Source of the DNA: Chrysomallon squamiferum
Lineage: Eukaryota; Animalia; Mollusca
Length of the DNA stretch: 64,000 nucleotides
Assembly: GCA_012295275.1 (NCBI GenBank)
Contig: CM022675.1
Location: 16,182,001-16,246,000, forward strand
Reading direction: 5' to 3'
The first letter of the stretch is position 1. The number at the start of each line of letters is the position of its first letter. Below the pieces are notes generated by a model. The model saw nothing but the letters and a program-made list of their open reading frames with translations. It had not been told where the DNA came from and searched no databases. Shown piece after piece: positions 1-63,729 of the stretch. The position numbers and the translations under genes are program-made.

Positions 1-19447
<19,447 letters not shown>

Positions 19448-20170
19448 AACAAACTGCTCCAAAGTGACTAAGTGTAAATTACGTTAAGCTTGGTGAGGTA
19501 TACCACATGCAAATCAGTGCAGATATTCAAGTACTGTTATACTGAACTTAATGACAACTGATGGACTAAAATTCAATAGACCGCGTGATTTCAAAAGGAT
19601 TAAAACCTTTACTAACATGTTTTACCTGTCAGTGCAAAACTGAAGCCTGAAAAGTGTGAACTTGAACTATCTGAGTACTCAAGAATAAATTATTAATCTA
19701 ATATTCGAAAACTGAGATGGAAAATAAATTATCAGTGTAGTGGACAACATTTTAAATGGGTTTATTTCAAAAAGAAAAATGAGTAAAGTAAATCTAACAT
19801 TTTGAAACAACAATGAAAAAAAATGATGAAAAACAAATTACACGATAACTAGTAAAATTTTAAATGGTTTTATTTCAAAACTGAAAATGATTTAAAGTAA
19901 AAGCTAACATTTTGAAATAATGAAGAAAAAACTGATGAAAAACAAATTGCTGATAAGTGGTAAAATTTTAAATATTTTGTTTCAGAAGAACAAGACAGTG
20001 ATTAGCAAGCTCATCTGTGATGTTGTGACGCGATTGTCAGTGCAGAAGACGTTGTTACACCTACCTCACACATTCCTCTGTTGTAGTTACGTCACGTGAC
20101 TTTCTCAAACATGTTACAGTTTCTGTAAATATTGAAACTGTTCAATTTCAAAGCTTGCGCATGCCTCACT

Positions 20171-20404
20171 GTGTGTGTGTGTCTGTATGTGTGTGTGTGT
20201 GTGTTCTGTATGTGTGTGTGTGTTCTGTATGTCTTCTGTATGTGTGTGTGTGTTCTGTATGTGTGTGTGTGTGTGTTCTGTATGTGTGTGTGTGTTCTGT
20301 ATGTGTGTGTGTGTTCTGTATGTGTTCTGTATGTGTGTGTGTGTTCTGTATGTGTTCTGTATGTGTGTGTGTGTGTGTGTGTTCTGTATGTGTGTGTGTG
20401 TGTG
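20171..20404. repeat. Compound (TG)n-TTCTGTA repeat
   Basis: Variable TG runs punctuated by ttctgta. Confidence 0.88.
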
Positions 20405-22099
20405 ATGAGGTATATGTGTTTTCCGACTGGGAAAAACAAAAACCAAAATCAAAAGGTTTTTTAAGAGTTCTGTAAATTAAATATTAAAAACTAATTAAAA
20501 CCATTAACGATAGAAAATGATGAGGCCTAAACTTTAATTTGATTTCAAATAGAAATATTTTAATATTGAACTTACTTTAAATCAGATGATATTTCTTTGG
20601 TTTCACGTGCGTGCACCACTAATTAGATGTACAATTCAGTACTGAGTATGTGCGTGCATGTTTCAGTGAGTGTGTGCGTGCATGTTTCAGTGAGTGTGTG
20701 CGTGCATGTTTCAATGAGCATGAGAATCTACATGAATTGTTATTGTGTATTCTCATTCTTCTTCCTCTTTTAATTATTATTACTATCGTTATTATTATTA
20801 TTAATATTATTATTATTATTATTATCTATATTATTTTTTTTATTATTATTATTGTTATTATTATTATTGTTATTATTACTATTATTATTATCATTATTGT
20901 AATTACTATTATTATTACTATTATTAATTCTACAATTTTTATTATTATTATTATTATTATGATTATTACAGTTGTTGTTATTGATGTTGTTTTTATTGTT
21001 CTTGTTCTTGTCGTTCGTTGTTGTTCAATGTTACGCATTGTAAAGTAATGTAATATTGTTAATATTTGACTTTTATGAAATATAAATGTTTATGTGATTA
21101 TAATATCAGTTATCTGCACATCGATTCAGATAAATAAACAACTTTATTTATCTTTAATTTTTTCTCTAATAAAAGTAATACTTCCAATTTACAGGGTTTT
21201 TTCTGTAACACAAAAAAAAAAATCACCCACAGAAATATACATACATTAATCAGATAGTTATATACGATTTACAAAAATAGGTTTATAATGAAATATATTT
21301 ACCTTCTTCTTTATGACGTCACTAAATATTAATGAACACAAGTTTTCTTTATTAAAGCCTGTTGTAAACACATTGCAGTGATAGATAGTTTGTATCCCCT
21401 GGGAGCCGAGTTAGTGGAAATCCTAGTTACCAGTACAAAGAGAAGTAATTGCAAAACTCGGAGACTACAGAGCTCGGTCGTCCACAGAAAATGTTTTTAA
21501 TTGGTCTTTTCAGCCGGACTGCGTGAACAATAATGTCGGTCCATTAACCAGAATGGATCTGAATTAGTAAACGTTATTTGATGATCGCTAGTTGGTGTCA
21601 GAGAATTCTTTTATTTATCCTCGTTTTTCCCGCTAAACAAACAAAAACTGTGATCTTCGGTCAATGAATTTTTAATTCAAATCATCATAGCGTGTATTTG
21701 TTTCCATATGGTGCTCGTTGATGCCTGCCCGAAGATTTTAATGTGTTTGTCTGCGAATATCTACGTTATAAATAGCTGCAAGGTGATAATAGTCTACAAC
21801 TTAAAATTATTACTATTCAAAATTTTCGTTTTACCTAAAGGCAAACAGTTTTCAAATTTCATAACGTGATTAAAACATTTATTAAAACAAAACTACGAAA
21901 TGATCAAGATGATGTCTTAATCTGCAGATTAATTTTTTTCCGTTAAATTAACCCTGAGAACCTTTGCGTTATTAACGCCAGTGCAATCCTGTTCCACTAA
22001 GGACAAATATTTTTAATTCCTAATTTTACGTGTAACCGTTTCAAATTCACAACGGTAATGTCGATCAGCGAAAATTCTACGAAGGAAAAATAATACAAC

Positions 22100-23030
22100 A
22101 AGAACCGATAATATTAAAGTTAATCCTGCATTATTATGTTAAAATCTGATGGTGTTAATAGCTATTTCTTCATTAGTCTGTTAACACCGATACTAACAGC
22201 TATCCCTGCATTACTGTGTTAAACTCTGGTAATATTAACAGTTCGTGCTTCATTAGTGTTAACATTAATACAAGAAGAACTGATAATATTAAAAGTTATT
22301 GCTACATTCTTGTTAAGAACTGATCAAATTAAGAGCTGTTCCTATGTTATTATGTCAAGCTCGATATTAACGGCTATTCCTTCATTTTTATGTTAACACT
22401 AAAACAAGAAGAAAACATTTTTAAAGTTATGTTAACAATAAGACAAGAACTGTTAAGGTTAAAAGTTATTACTTCATTATTATGTTAACACTAATATAAA
22501 AAGAACTGTTCATATTATTATGTTAACAATAATACCTTCATTATTATGTTAACAATAATACCATGAAGAACTGATAAAGTTAACAGGTTACTACTTCATT
22601 ATTATGTTAACACTAATACATGAAGAACTGATAATGTTAACAGTTACTACTTCGTTATTATGTTAACACTAATACATGAAGAACTGATAATGTTAACAGT
22701 TACTACTTCGTTATTATGTTAACACTAATACAAGAAGAACTGATAATGTTAACAGTTACTACTTCGTTATTATGTTAACACTAATACAAGAAGAACTGAT
22801 AATGTTAACAGTACTACTTCATTATTATGTTAACACTAATACAAGAAGAACTGATAATGTTAACAGTTACTACTTCGTTATTATGTTAACACTGATACAA
22901 GAAGAACTGATAATGTTAACAGTTACTACTTCATTATTATGTTAATACTAATACAAGAAGAACTGATAATGTTAACAGTTACTACTTCCTTATTATGTTA
23001 ACTAACAGAAGAAGAACTGATAATGTTATG
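22100..23030. repeat. 56-bp minisatellite directly 3' of the gene B stop codon
   Basis: Unit aagaagaactgataatgttaacagttactacttcgttattatgttaacactaatac. Homogeneous over ~22560-23025, degenerate to ~22100. Confidence 0.9.
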
Positions 23031-23047
23031 TTTTAAAGGAGACAAGG

Positions 23048-26417
<3,370 letters not shown>

Positions 26418-28244
26418 TTTCTGAAAAATGAAATAATAAATTATATATATATATATATATACAGCTACTACTGAGGCTTCCGAAGTGTATTTACGGTGTA
26501 GAAAATAATACTTACTCTGCTGGCAGTGGGAGTGCTCGGGTTTACTGGCGAAGCGGATATTCTACATGAAATCACTTCATCGCTTTCTCATTAACTATTG
26601 TCTCCATGCACACACTGCACGTGTTAGATGCAAACCGAGGTTGGGGGTTCAGAACTGCTATTTGTCTTGTTTACTTTTAAATATGAGTGTTCTCTTCATT
26701 GCCTTGTCATTAAAGAAAACTGAATGAAATCGGAGTTAATTGATATAGCATATACATATGTAATGGAAGAAAGAGAATTTCTAAAGTCCTCTATATATAT
26801 ATGATAAATTTCTTTGTATTAGAAATGCAAATAGCGAGCAGAAGAGTGTTTGAAATTGATCATGGTTGATCAATGGAGATTGACTAAGACAAATACCATT
26901 GTTCATTTGATGCAGACGATCGTAAAACTGTAGTGTTTCCTACGCGCCATTTACTGTTGCCTAGGAAACCGTGTTATAACAGTCTTTCGTCACACACCAC
27001 TGATTTTACTTCTGTCTGAAACTAGTCATCTCTCTTTATTTACGTCTTGTATTTGAAAGGGTTCTGTTGCATATTGGATGTATGTTTTGACCACGACAAC
27101 AACATCAACAACAACAATGCTAATACTAGACCAATAATAATAACAACAACAATAACAACGATGATAATAGCAACAAAACGACAGCTACTACTACTACTAC
27201 TACTACTACTACTGCTGCTGCTACAATACTATCACTATTACTAACAACAACAACAACAATAGCAACAACAGTAGAAACAATAATAAAGAATAATTTGTTA
27301 TAAACAATCAAACAAACAAATAAATAAGGACAGAAAAAATCAAAATATAATAATTCTAAGATATTTAGACAGTAAAGAATGAAGGATTCATGCTCCAGTA
27401 ATTCACTTTATATCGTTCCTGTTTTAATTTTCTCTTGTTCTATGTCCGAAGTTCAAAGATTTCAAACTTTGACATAACAAATGGAATACTTCAGCTAAAA
27501 TTTTTTTTAAACTAGGACTATCAGCAATGATCCTATTTTTAGATATATTACACAGCTTGAAAAACTAAGTGTTGCGACAGAGAAAAAAAGGGGAATAATC
27601 CCGTTCATGAATAAATTGTAATTGTATCAATACATAAAATAATATGTATTCATTTTTTATTTAACTATTTCTCCCTCACTCTCATTCTTTCTCTCGTTTT
27701 CTCTTTCTCTCATGTTTTCTGTTTATCCCTTTGTCTTCTCTCTCTTTCGCTCTTTCTTTCGCTCTGTCTCTCGTTCTCTCTCGTGTGTGTATGAGACAAA
27801 TATTTATCTTTTGAATTGTAAAATATGGACAAAATAGAAAAAATCAACAGCTGCTATTTTCTTGACATCTATGAATAGGACATTATGAATGAGAAAAAAC
27901 AACCATTCACCCAACCTGGTTTTTTTTTGTGTGAACGTTCTGTCAGAATAAACGACACAAAAAAACTGTAATGATTTTATCTGTGTTTTCAGTATTCACA
28001 GTGACAAGTAAGAGGAAAGACTATATGTAAATAATGTGTTTATTCTTTCAGAAAAGTACGAGAGTGCTTGATCCACATCTATAAAAACATATTTTCTTTT
28101 CTTTCACACCGTAGGTTATTATTTTAATTCAAGGTAGATGTGAATACAACTGTATTTACACAGGTTTGTTACATTCACGACGGGACTCAGGTTTCATGTG
28201 CCAGGCGCTGTCATGGTGGAATAACTTTCAGTATGAGATGAGAT

Positions 28245-29608
28245 CAGACAGGATTTATAAGGGGACAAAGGGGGTAATTGCACCGGGCCCCTCTGCACGA
28301 GTCCCCACCCAATTTCCTTTCTAAACTAAATAGTACAAGTGGTTATGTTACTAAAGGGAATTAACCGTGTGACTGTGTGTGCGGCTTCAGGCGGTGCTTC
28401 TGCCTCCCTTTGAATAAATAAATAAACTGGTAACACACTGAGAGAGATTTACAGACAGTGTTAATTAAAAAGTTTTAATAGTAAATGGATTTACAACGCC
28501 AAGATCATGATGCAAGAGATGTAAACTCAGCAATAAACTTTTAATTAACAGCAAGTAATTATGGTAATATAATATTAACATGCTGTAATACAATATTAAC
28601 ATACTGTAATATAATATTAATTGTAGATGCAGTGAAAATAACCGAGACTTAGAAATCTATCAACGCTTTCCCTCAAGACGAATGTACCGTGTTTGCTGAG
28701 GAAACTGTCCACTTTACAACCTTTGACAACCAGCGGCTTTAGTACTTGATGAAAGGTTTGATGTTCTGACTATTTTCAGACGTTAACATATATCTGATGA
28801 TCACTGGTTGTTCGGGAGAAAGGTCGCTCAGCAAACTGATCTGACAAAGAATTAAAAAACACACAAAAGATTAATTCTCTCTGCCCAGTAGGATCTCATC
28901 TCAAGATGATAGAGTTTGACGAGTTGCAGACTCTGAAGCTACTAAGTGAGGAAAGATAAACTTTTTTTTTTTAATAGAGATTGTAATGTACGTAAATGTT
29001 ATGTATGATTTACTAGTTCCAGTAACCTATGTGTGTGTGGTATGAGATTTGGTCTTAAGCTGCACGCTGGAGAGATAGTAAAATTTACTTATCACAGTTT
29101 GATGACTTCAAAACTGTACTTGCCAGGAACCTGTTGTTGACTTTCTCTCGTGTACTGTTACGTATTTTTGCAGAGTGTAAATCAGTTTGAACATCTGTTG
29201 CTGATCGTGAACAGAACAGGAAAACTAAACTTTTTTGTTATTCACTGGCTCGATTGTTACTTGTATAAAAACAGTAACTAATATCTTACACACCAGTGCA
29301 GGAAAGAAAAACTTAACAGTGAAAATTTAAAAGCACCACAGCAATTCATTTCTTATCTGATCGTCAGTAATTATTTCACCACGGCCTAATTAAAATTGCA
29401 GTCAAAGTTACTCCTACTGTCAATATAATTGAGAGAAAAATCTGAGGAAACCAAACTTACTTCAATTTAATTCTTAATTTTTTATTTATTTATTTATTTA
29501 TTTATTTATTTGTTTATTTATTTTAGTTTCTTATGGAATTTAATTTTATGTTGAGGGACCTCTGAAGCTGAAGAGCTCCTGGCTCTCAACCATCTGATTG
29601 TGGTCCTG
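28245..29608 (+). mobile_element. Decayed hAT DNA transposon (Tip100/ZMYM1-type) with 8-bp TSD
   Basis: GATGAGAT at 28237-28244 and 29609-29616 flanks CAG...CTG termini with GC-rich subterminal regions. Internal fossil peptides: FPQDECTVFAEETVHF (~28668) and IYLMITGCSGERSLSKL*QRIK (28788-28856), the latter matching the hAT C-terminal dimerisation motif (ERSFS). Confidence 0.75.
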
Positions 29609-30405
29609 GATGAGATGAAAACTTGATCTGAATATTCATTTTAAAATGTTTATGCCTAATTATTTACGTATTTAGATGATTTCATACCAGAAAAACTGGA
29701 AAATGCAGAAATGCGGAATGCCTCAGACCCCATAGAATCTGGCTTATTGGTCCGATACCTGCATATGTAAGAAAACAAACGTATAATAAAAAAAGAGTTA
29801 ATATTTAATTTAATTTAAATTTCAGAAACACATACACATGTGTTTTAAATTCTTCCTGAGTTTATTATTTTGCTAATTTTGAAACGTAGAAGCGACAAGC
29901 TCGTATTCTAGGTAAAAAATCTGCCTCTTAGCATCTGAGATCGAATGACACATCCGGTCACGTGATGCTTTATTACATTCCTTTTGAAAACTTTCCCTCT
30001 AACCCCAGAGATGAAGTCGACAAACAAAGCGGTCAGTTTATTTGATCTATTGATTGTTTTGTCAGAAACAATTCATAATTTTCTTTATTTCGTTGATCGT
30101 CTTCTTTTTTTGGTATCTGTGAAATGAATGTGTTTTTGTTTGACGTATATCGAGATACATGAATAATTAACTGGTGTACTGTTGTCTAGAGAGGTAGAAT
30201 ATCTTTTCATAGGACATTGCAAAGCCATAGATATATTTGTTTCCTGATGTAAATATGAAGGGAACACAATACAATGTTTTTATTATAATTATTATATATC
30301 AACGAAATATATTTATTGTCATAAATAATAAAAACAAAATATGAGCTCAATTTTTTAATAAACATCTTTTGTTCGTCATCAGCAATACTAATAATACTAA
30401 TAATG

Positions 30406-30453
<48 letters not shown>

Positions 30454-30635
30454 GATATGAAAGCACTCCTTTCATAAAATCCTTGGAGCCCTGGTTGGAA
30501 TGTGAAATAGTACAGTGGCCGAGTATATACATGTCAGAAAATAAAAATTGAAACTCCTTTTTTTGTACGGGTACAAAATTACAAATATCTGAATATAATA
30601 TCACTTTCTATAACGTTAGCTCATTACTTTCATTT

Positions 30636-30781
<146 letters not shown>

Positions 30782-31289
30782 GTAAATTTACGATATAGAC
30801 TCGATATATTTATGGTGGTTACAGAAAAAAATTCCTAACTTAATGACGATTTATTAGACTGTCGTCATGGTTACAGAATAACGCTCCTGATAAGGTAACT
30901 AAATTCTAAACAGGCTGGTAACTCTGTGTAACGTGCTGCGCTGTTGTCTGGTCTCACAACACAGTTTGTATCAGAGATGAAACGACCAGAACACTCATTG
31001 AAATGACAACAGCTGAAAATAGATAACAACTGTAGTACCACACTGTCTGTGCATGCATTCATAGCTACATACATACATACATAAATACGTATACACAGAC
31101 ACATACATACATACATACATACATACATACATACGTATATAAATACATATACACAGACATACATACATACATATATTCGTACATACTTACATACATTCAT
31201 ACATATATGTACACACACATACACATACATACACACACACAGACGGATCCAGAGAGACAGACAGACATAAGACTACATACTTACAAAAA

Positions 31290-57779
<26,490 letters not shown>

Positions 57780-57844
57780 GTTTGCTGTGTGCAGGTTGGT
57801 GACCGCCTGGACGAAATGTCAGCCTTGTGCTGGACACCTGTGTC

Positions 57845-57885
57845 TTACTCACTGACCGGAACAAATGATTCACGTAAAATCCGCC
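57845..57885 (-). promoter_or_regulatory. Possible core promoter / initiator of gene C
   Basis: TCAGT (Inr-like) on the minus strand at 57855-57851, about 75 nt upstream of the ATG, within a relatively GC-rich unique island. Motif evidence only. Confidence 0.3.
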
Positions 57886-58006
57886 AGCAAACCTGTTTAC
57901 CTGCTACGCACCTTCTCACGTGCTTCATTGATTAGACACTTTCTAATGATAGTTTCTGCCAGTTACCTGAGTTCTTAATGTCGTAATACTACTGACACGC
58001 TCGCGC

Positions 58007-58338
58007 ACACACAAACACACCCAGGTACACACCCAGGTACACACACAATACAACACAGTGGTGCATTCACACACAAACACACCCAGGTACATACACAATA
58101 CAACACAGTGGTGCATTCACACACAAACACACCCAGGTACACACCCAGGTACATACACAATACAACACAGTGGTGCATTCACACACAAACACACCCAGGT
58201 ACATACACAATACAACACAGTGGTGCATTCACACACAAACACACCCAGGTACACACACAATACAACACAGTGGTGCATTCACACACAAACACACCCAGGC
58301 ACTTACACAATACAACACAGTGGTGCATTCACACACAA
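58007..58338. repeat. 50-bp minisatellite, ~6 copies
   Basis: Unit acacacaaacacacccaggtacatacacaatacaacacagtggtgcattc. Confidence 0.9.
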
Positions 58339-58429
58339 GCGCGCGCGCACAGTCACACACACACACACACAAACAAACACATACACACACAGGTACTCAC
58401 ACACACGCACGCGCGCACACATATATAAA

Positions 58430-58893
58430 AGACCCTCGACTTATCTGCTGGTCAGAAATCGAATAATGTATAAAAATAAAATAATCTGATAAACTGCATT
58501 CACACAACAAGTTTCAGTCACCTGAAAAATAAATGAAATAATTAATAAATGTAATTCAGTTTAGATTTGGTTTTTCAATGTTTTCAACTGCATTAAATAT
58601 TTAAATATTATAAACATAAAACTAATTGTTTTAGTTACTTGTTTTACTGATAAATTCGATGCGTAATCAATATAAAATGTTTAATAGATAGAAATACTAC
58701 CTTGACCTAAGTACTTTTATGTCATAGATTGTAAAAAAGGAAAAATATATCTACTAAGATACACACGTACAGACACTAACACATATATACACGCTCACTA
58801 GATATGTACGCAAAGTATATTACATTGCATTTATATTATGTTATTTTATATCATATCTTTTCTTATTTTATTGTTTGTATTACATTAGGTTAC

Positions 58894-58934
<41 letters not shown>

Positions 58935-60094
58935 ATCCAAGCACAGATATACATATACAGAGATACATACATATATACATATTTACACATACAGACACAA
59001 TAATATTTATCCTTTATGCAGTATGACAATCAGTGACAACAGTATGTCAGTTATCATAGTTCTCAGTTATATTGAAGGCAAATCTATTATTTATGATTTA
59101 GGTGGAAATTTAGCTTCTGTGGTCTATATTATAGTCCTGTGTAACTGTACCCTGGCGTGTTATTAAAGTAAGTAAATGGTTTTTGTGTCCAGATTATATA
59201 CTACTGAACACGAACTCGGAGGATTTTGTTATTGTATAAGAAATTAATGTCAAGGTCACACGATTCCTATCATTTCAGTCAGGTTTTTGGCCTAGAGCTT
59301 AGACAAAAACATGATTTTGTTAAACATAAAAATATTATTAAATGCAAATTATTTTATCTGTAATATTTTAGTGTAATATTTATTTTGTTGTGTTTGTTTG
59401 CTTATTGATTTGTTATTAATTTGTTTATTCCTTCGTTCGAATGTTTTTCTGTATATTCGTTTGTTTCTTCGTTGATTTGTTTTAGTTTTTGTTTGTTTGT
59501 TTGTATAAGTGTTTTTTTTTCTTTCTTTCTTTTTACATCCATTCCTTTCTTTGTTTACTTCTTTCTGTGTTGTTGTTTTCTGTTCGTTGTTTGGTTGCGT
59601 GGTTGTTTCTTCATTCATTTTTTTCGTATTTGTTTGATTGCTTATTTGTTTGTTTACTCATTTGTTTTATATTCATTTGTTTGTTTGTTTATTTGTTTTT
59701 GTTTATTTTTTGTTTTTATATCCGTTTGCCAGTCTTTTTTTCATCATTCATTTTTTTTATATTCGTTTGTTTGTTTATTCATGTGTTTTTATCTTCGTTT
59801 TTTTTTAGTTTTTTTTTTTTGTTCATTCATTTCTATATTCTTTAGTATGTTCTTTTGACTGTGTGCTAGTTTTTGTTTGTATTTTCTCCAACTTTTCTTA
59901 ATAGTGTAATATAAAATAATTTTTACATTTGTCAACAATTAATAAAAAATATACCTAATAAAATATTTTTACATTACACTAGAATAAATTAAATATATAT
60001 GACAGAAAGAAAAATAATTTCTATATTTATCACAATTATTATTTATATTACGTAAAATGTTTAAGATGTTTCCCATTTATCAACTGTTAGTTGT
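58430..60094. repeat. Right arm of long inverted repeat (upstream of gene C)
   Basis: Colinear reverse complement of the left arm with indels, including a ~290-bp (TA)n-containing insertion at ~58783-59070. Confidence 0.92.
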
Positions 60095-60859
60095 TTGTTT
60101 ATGATTATTAGTATTATTAATTATTATTATTATATCCATTTGTTAGTAATTTTTCATCATTCATTTATATTCATATTCTTTTGTTTATTTGTTTATTCAT
60201 TTATTTCATATTCGTTTGTTTGTTTATTCAGCCATTATTCGTTAGTATCCACGATTTTATTTGTCACTGTTTCTGGTTTTTATTCTTTTTTTTTTTTTTC
60301 TTTCTATCTTTTTTTTTTTTTTTTTTAATTTAATTTTTTTTGTTTTCTCTTTCGTTTCTTTTATAAGTTATTACTGTGAGTAAAATATGAAGTTTTTCAC
60401 TATTTTTAATGTTACTTATTTCGTCTTGCACTCATTGTCTATGGGAAAGCAAGCATAAGGAAAAGTGTTGAAATTTTGTGAAGTGGTGGAGAGTGAGTTT
60501 TTGCTCATTGTTTGTATATTTAAAACATGAGCAGAAACAGTCGATGTCTTCATTCAGTTTTCTCAGTTGAAAAATTCTACAGCAGACTGAGGTGTCATGG
60601 CTACGTACTGTATTCACAGTGAATAACCGATTTCATTTCTTTATTTTCACCTATCCACTGAACACTAATTCTTCTAAACGTGGTGTCTGCTTAACCCTCT
60701 GTCAAGTCTGTCTGTTAGCGTGTTAGTAAGTTAGTCAGAGAAAGCTGAAGTCATTCTACGTATCCCGACTGAAGCAGACACGAACATGCTGTGTTACTAC
60801 TCCATATCCATTTATTGCTGTTATTATTATGTATATATTAATACGTACTTTTCTCTTCT

Positions 60860-61045
60860 GAGCCTGAGTAATCACAGTCACAGTGGATGATGATCTGATA
60901 ATAAGAAAAACCGGTTTGTAGGGGAAGCGAGACACGAGAGCACTGGACCGCATCGCGAACACAATGAACGTCGTTTTAAAACATTATTTTCATCTTTGTG
61001 TGTCGAGGTGACAACAATAACAAGACGTGTACGACATTTTGTAAG
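60860..61045 (+). other. Possible non-coding first exon of a divergently transcribed + strand gene
   Basis: CpG-containing unique island ending in a strong donor AAG|GTAAGA at 61045/61046. No convincing ORF and no downstream exon identified in the window. Confidence 0.3.
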
Positions 61046-61191
61046 GTAAGAAAAACACATCTGTTTAATCAGCGAATACTTTGTTTTACGAAACTCAAAA
61101 ACTTCAGTCGTTATCAGTATTTCAGTAGTATTATACACATTATTACTTTTCAAAACTGTTTAATTATTTTTGTCGTGCTTCTTCTTTGTGT

Positions 61192-61265
<74 letters not shown>

Positions 61266-61420
61266 ATAATGATTTTCATTTAACAGTTCACTAAAGACAT
61301 TTTTATTGCCTGAAATGACGTCATACATATTGTTAAAAACCATAGCGATAATGCGAAAGGAAACTCATTGCCGTAACACCATATGTTATTCTTTTTCTAC
61401 CAGCAGTAATGGAGATTTTA

Positions 61421-61608
61421 CATTTAAATGTCACTTTTCAATATTCAGTTAACAGAGCTGGCTTTGAAAACGTCACCAAACATTTAAATGTCGCTTTTCA
61501 ATATTCAGTTAACAGAGCTGGCTTTGAAAACGTCACCAAACATTTAAATGTCGCTTTTCAATATTCAGTTAACAGAGCTGGCTTTGAAAACGTCACCAAA
61601 CATTTAAC
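61421..61608. repeat. 60-bp tandem repeat, 3 near-identical copies
   Basis: Unit catttaaatgtcgcttttcaatattcagttaacagagctggctttgaaaacgtcaccaaa. Confidence 0.92.
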
Positions 61609-62362
61609 TGTCGTTGAGCGGTCACTGAATATAATCAGTGACGTGTGATAAAGAAAAGACAATAAAAAACTTAGTGTTTGTGCCGTTGTATTGTTGTTTT
61701 TATTACTTTTGTTTTTGTTGTCGCTGTTGTAGTTCCAGCTGCTGCTGTTGCTGTTATCATCATCATCATCATCATCATCATTATTATTATTATTATTATT
61801 ATTATTACTACTAGTAGTACAACTACAACTACAACTACTACTACTATTTTACTACTTGTTCAAACAGTTGCATTTGTGTTTATTATTAATATGACTACTG
61901 AACTGAATAAAATCTGTGCAATTTTTATTGTTTCAATTAGATTAATAATAGTTTTACTCAGTCTTAATTAAAACTATAATTTTAAAGTGTAAATACATTT
62001 TTACTGTTTCAGTTATTGTGTTTTTTTTCTGTCTTTCAGTTAAATCCAGTCTTTAATTATGTTTCAGTATCACAGGTTTACTGTTTAACGTTTTATCTTT
62101 TGTTGTTTGAAATAAATCTAAGGTAATATACTGTTTAAATTACACCAATGTTTTAACAGTTTGAATTACATCTACATCTTTACCTTTTCAATTACATCTA
62201 CATCTTTACCTTTTGAATTAAATATATGATAGTTTTACTGTTTGAATTAGGTCTATGACAGTTTTACTATTTTTGTTATACTAAACTCATATATCGCAAT
62301 CTCAAAAAACTTAAAAGATACATATTTGTTGTTTTTTTTCCTTTTTCTTAATGCAGTAGACC

Positions 62363-62459
62363 TGTAGGTGACAGGAATATGTTCAGTGTGTGTTTGTAGG
62401 TGACAGGAATATGTTCAGTGTGTGTTTGTATGTGACAGGAATATGTTCAGTGTGTGTTG
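62363..62459. repeat. 32-bp tandem repeat, 3 copies
   Basis: Unit tgtaggtgacaggaatatgttcagtgtgtgtt. Confidence 0.88.
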
Positions 62460-63729
62460 AAATCAAAATGGCACACGCCCTTGGTTTCGTTTGAATGTAT
62501 TTATCGTAGTAAGAAATACATTTAAATTTAAGACATTAAACATCAGACTAGGATGATATTTGATGGATTAATGGTTGTGTAATGGGACAACATGCTGTTC
62601 AACAAGTCTATCTGTCTGCCATATGTAAAATCAGCTTGATTTTTTAATGTATTATTAGAAATAACAGCGAGGAGATCCCTATTGAATAATAATAATAATA
62701 AAAATAATATTAACAATAATAGTAATAATAATAATAATCACAAAAACAACATCATCATCATCAACAACAACAATAATAATAATAATCATTATCATCATCA
62801 TAATAACAACATCATCAACAACAACAACAAGAATAATGATAATAGTAATGTATTAGTAATGAAATGACTATAAGATGATAATGATAAAACTAAAACAAAA
62901 AATAATAATAATACTAATAATAATGATGATGATGATGATGATGATGATATCAATAATAATAACAGGAGCATCCTATCCATTAGAATATAACATTTGTCTT
63001 CTTCTTTTCTTTTTCATCTTTTTCTTCTTCTTCTTCTTATTATTATTACTTTCACCATCATCATCAACATCATCATCATCATCATCATGTGCATATTTAT
63101 GTATGTATGTATGTATGTATGTATGTATGTATGTATGTATGTATGTATATGTTAGTGTGTGTCTGAGTGTGATGTGTATTAATGTAAGAAAACACATATT
63201 CACATTATATGTTTATCAGTAAAACTAATAAAAAAAAACTTTTTTTGTTATTTTTTTACAGAATACTGAAACATACACCTTTAATGTCTAGTGATTTGTG
63301 TCACATTTCTTAACAATATTTGTTTTGTTTTGTATTTAGTTTTCATAGACGTGGGGGCATATCTGATAAAAGTAATCTGAGGTAACTATATATTCAACCT
63401 CGTTTCACAAACACAGCTCCTTAGACAAACTGTCAGGCTTTTAACATAAAAAAACTGGAAAATATTTTATTTTCCTCTTTTCAACGCCTGGTTTAAAACG
63501 AGTTTTGAATTTGAACGCAAGCTTTATGAGTGCGAAACGGTTGGCTTAATAAATGATTTTGATAATGCAGCTACACAAAAGACTAGGTAGCTGGGACGAA
63601 TGTTTACATCAGTTTAACAACAGATAATTTAATCCCCTCTTAGACTATTTCATTCTGGGAAACAGACAAAGACATCGCTGTTTATAGGGTGATCGTTTTT
63701 CTTGTTTTTTGCTCCAGGCCTATGGCTTT

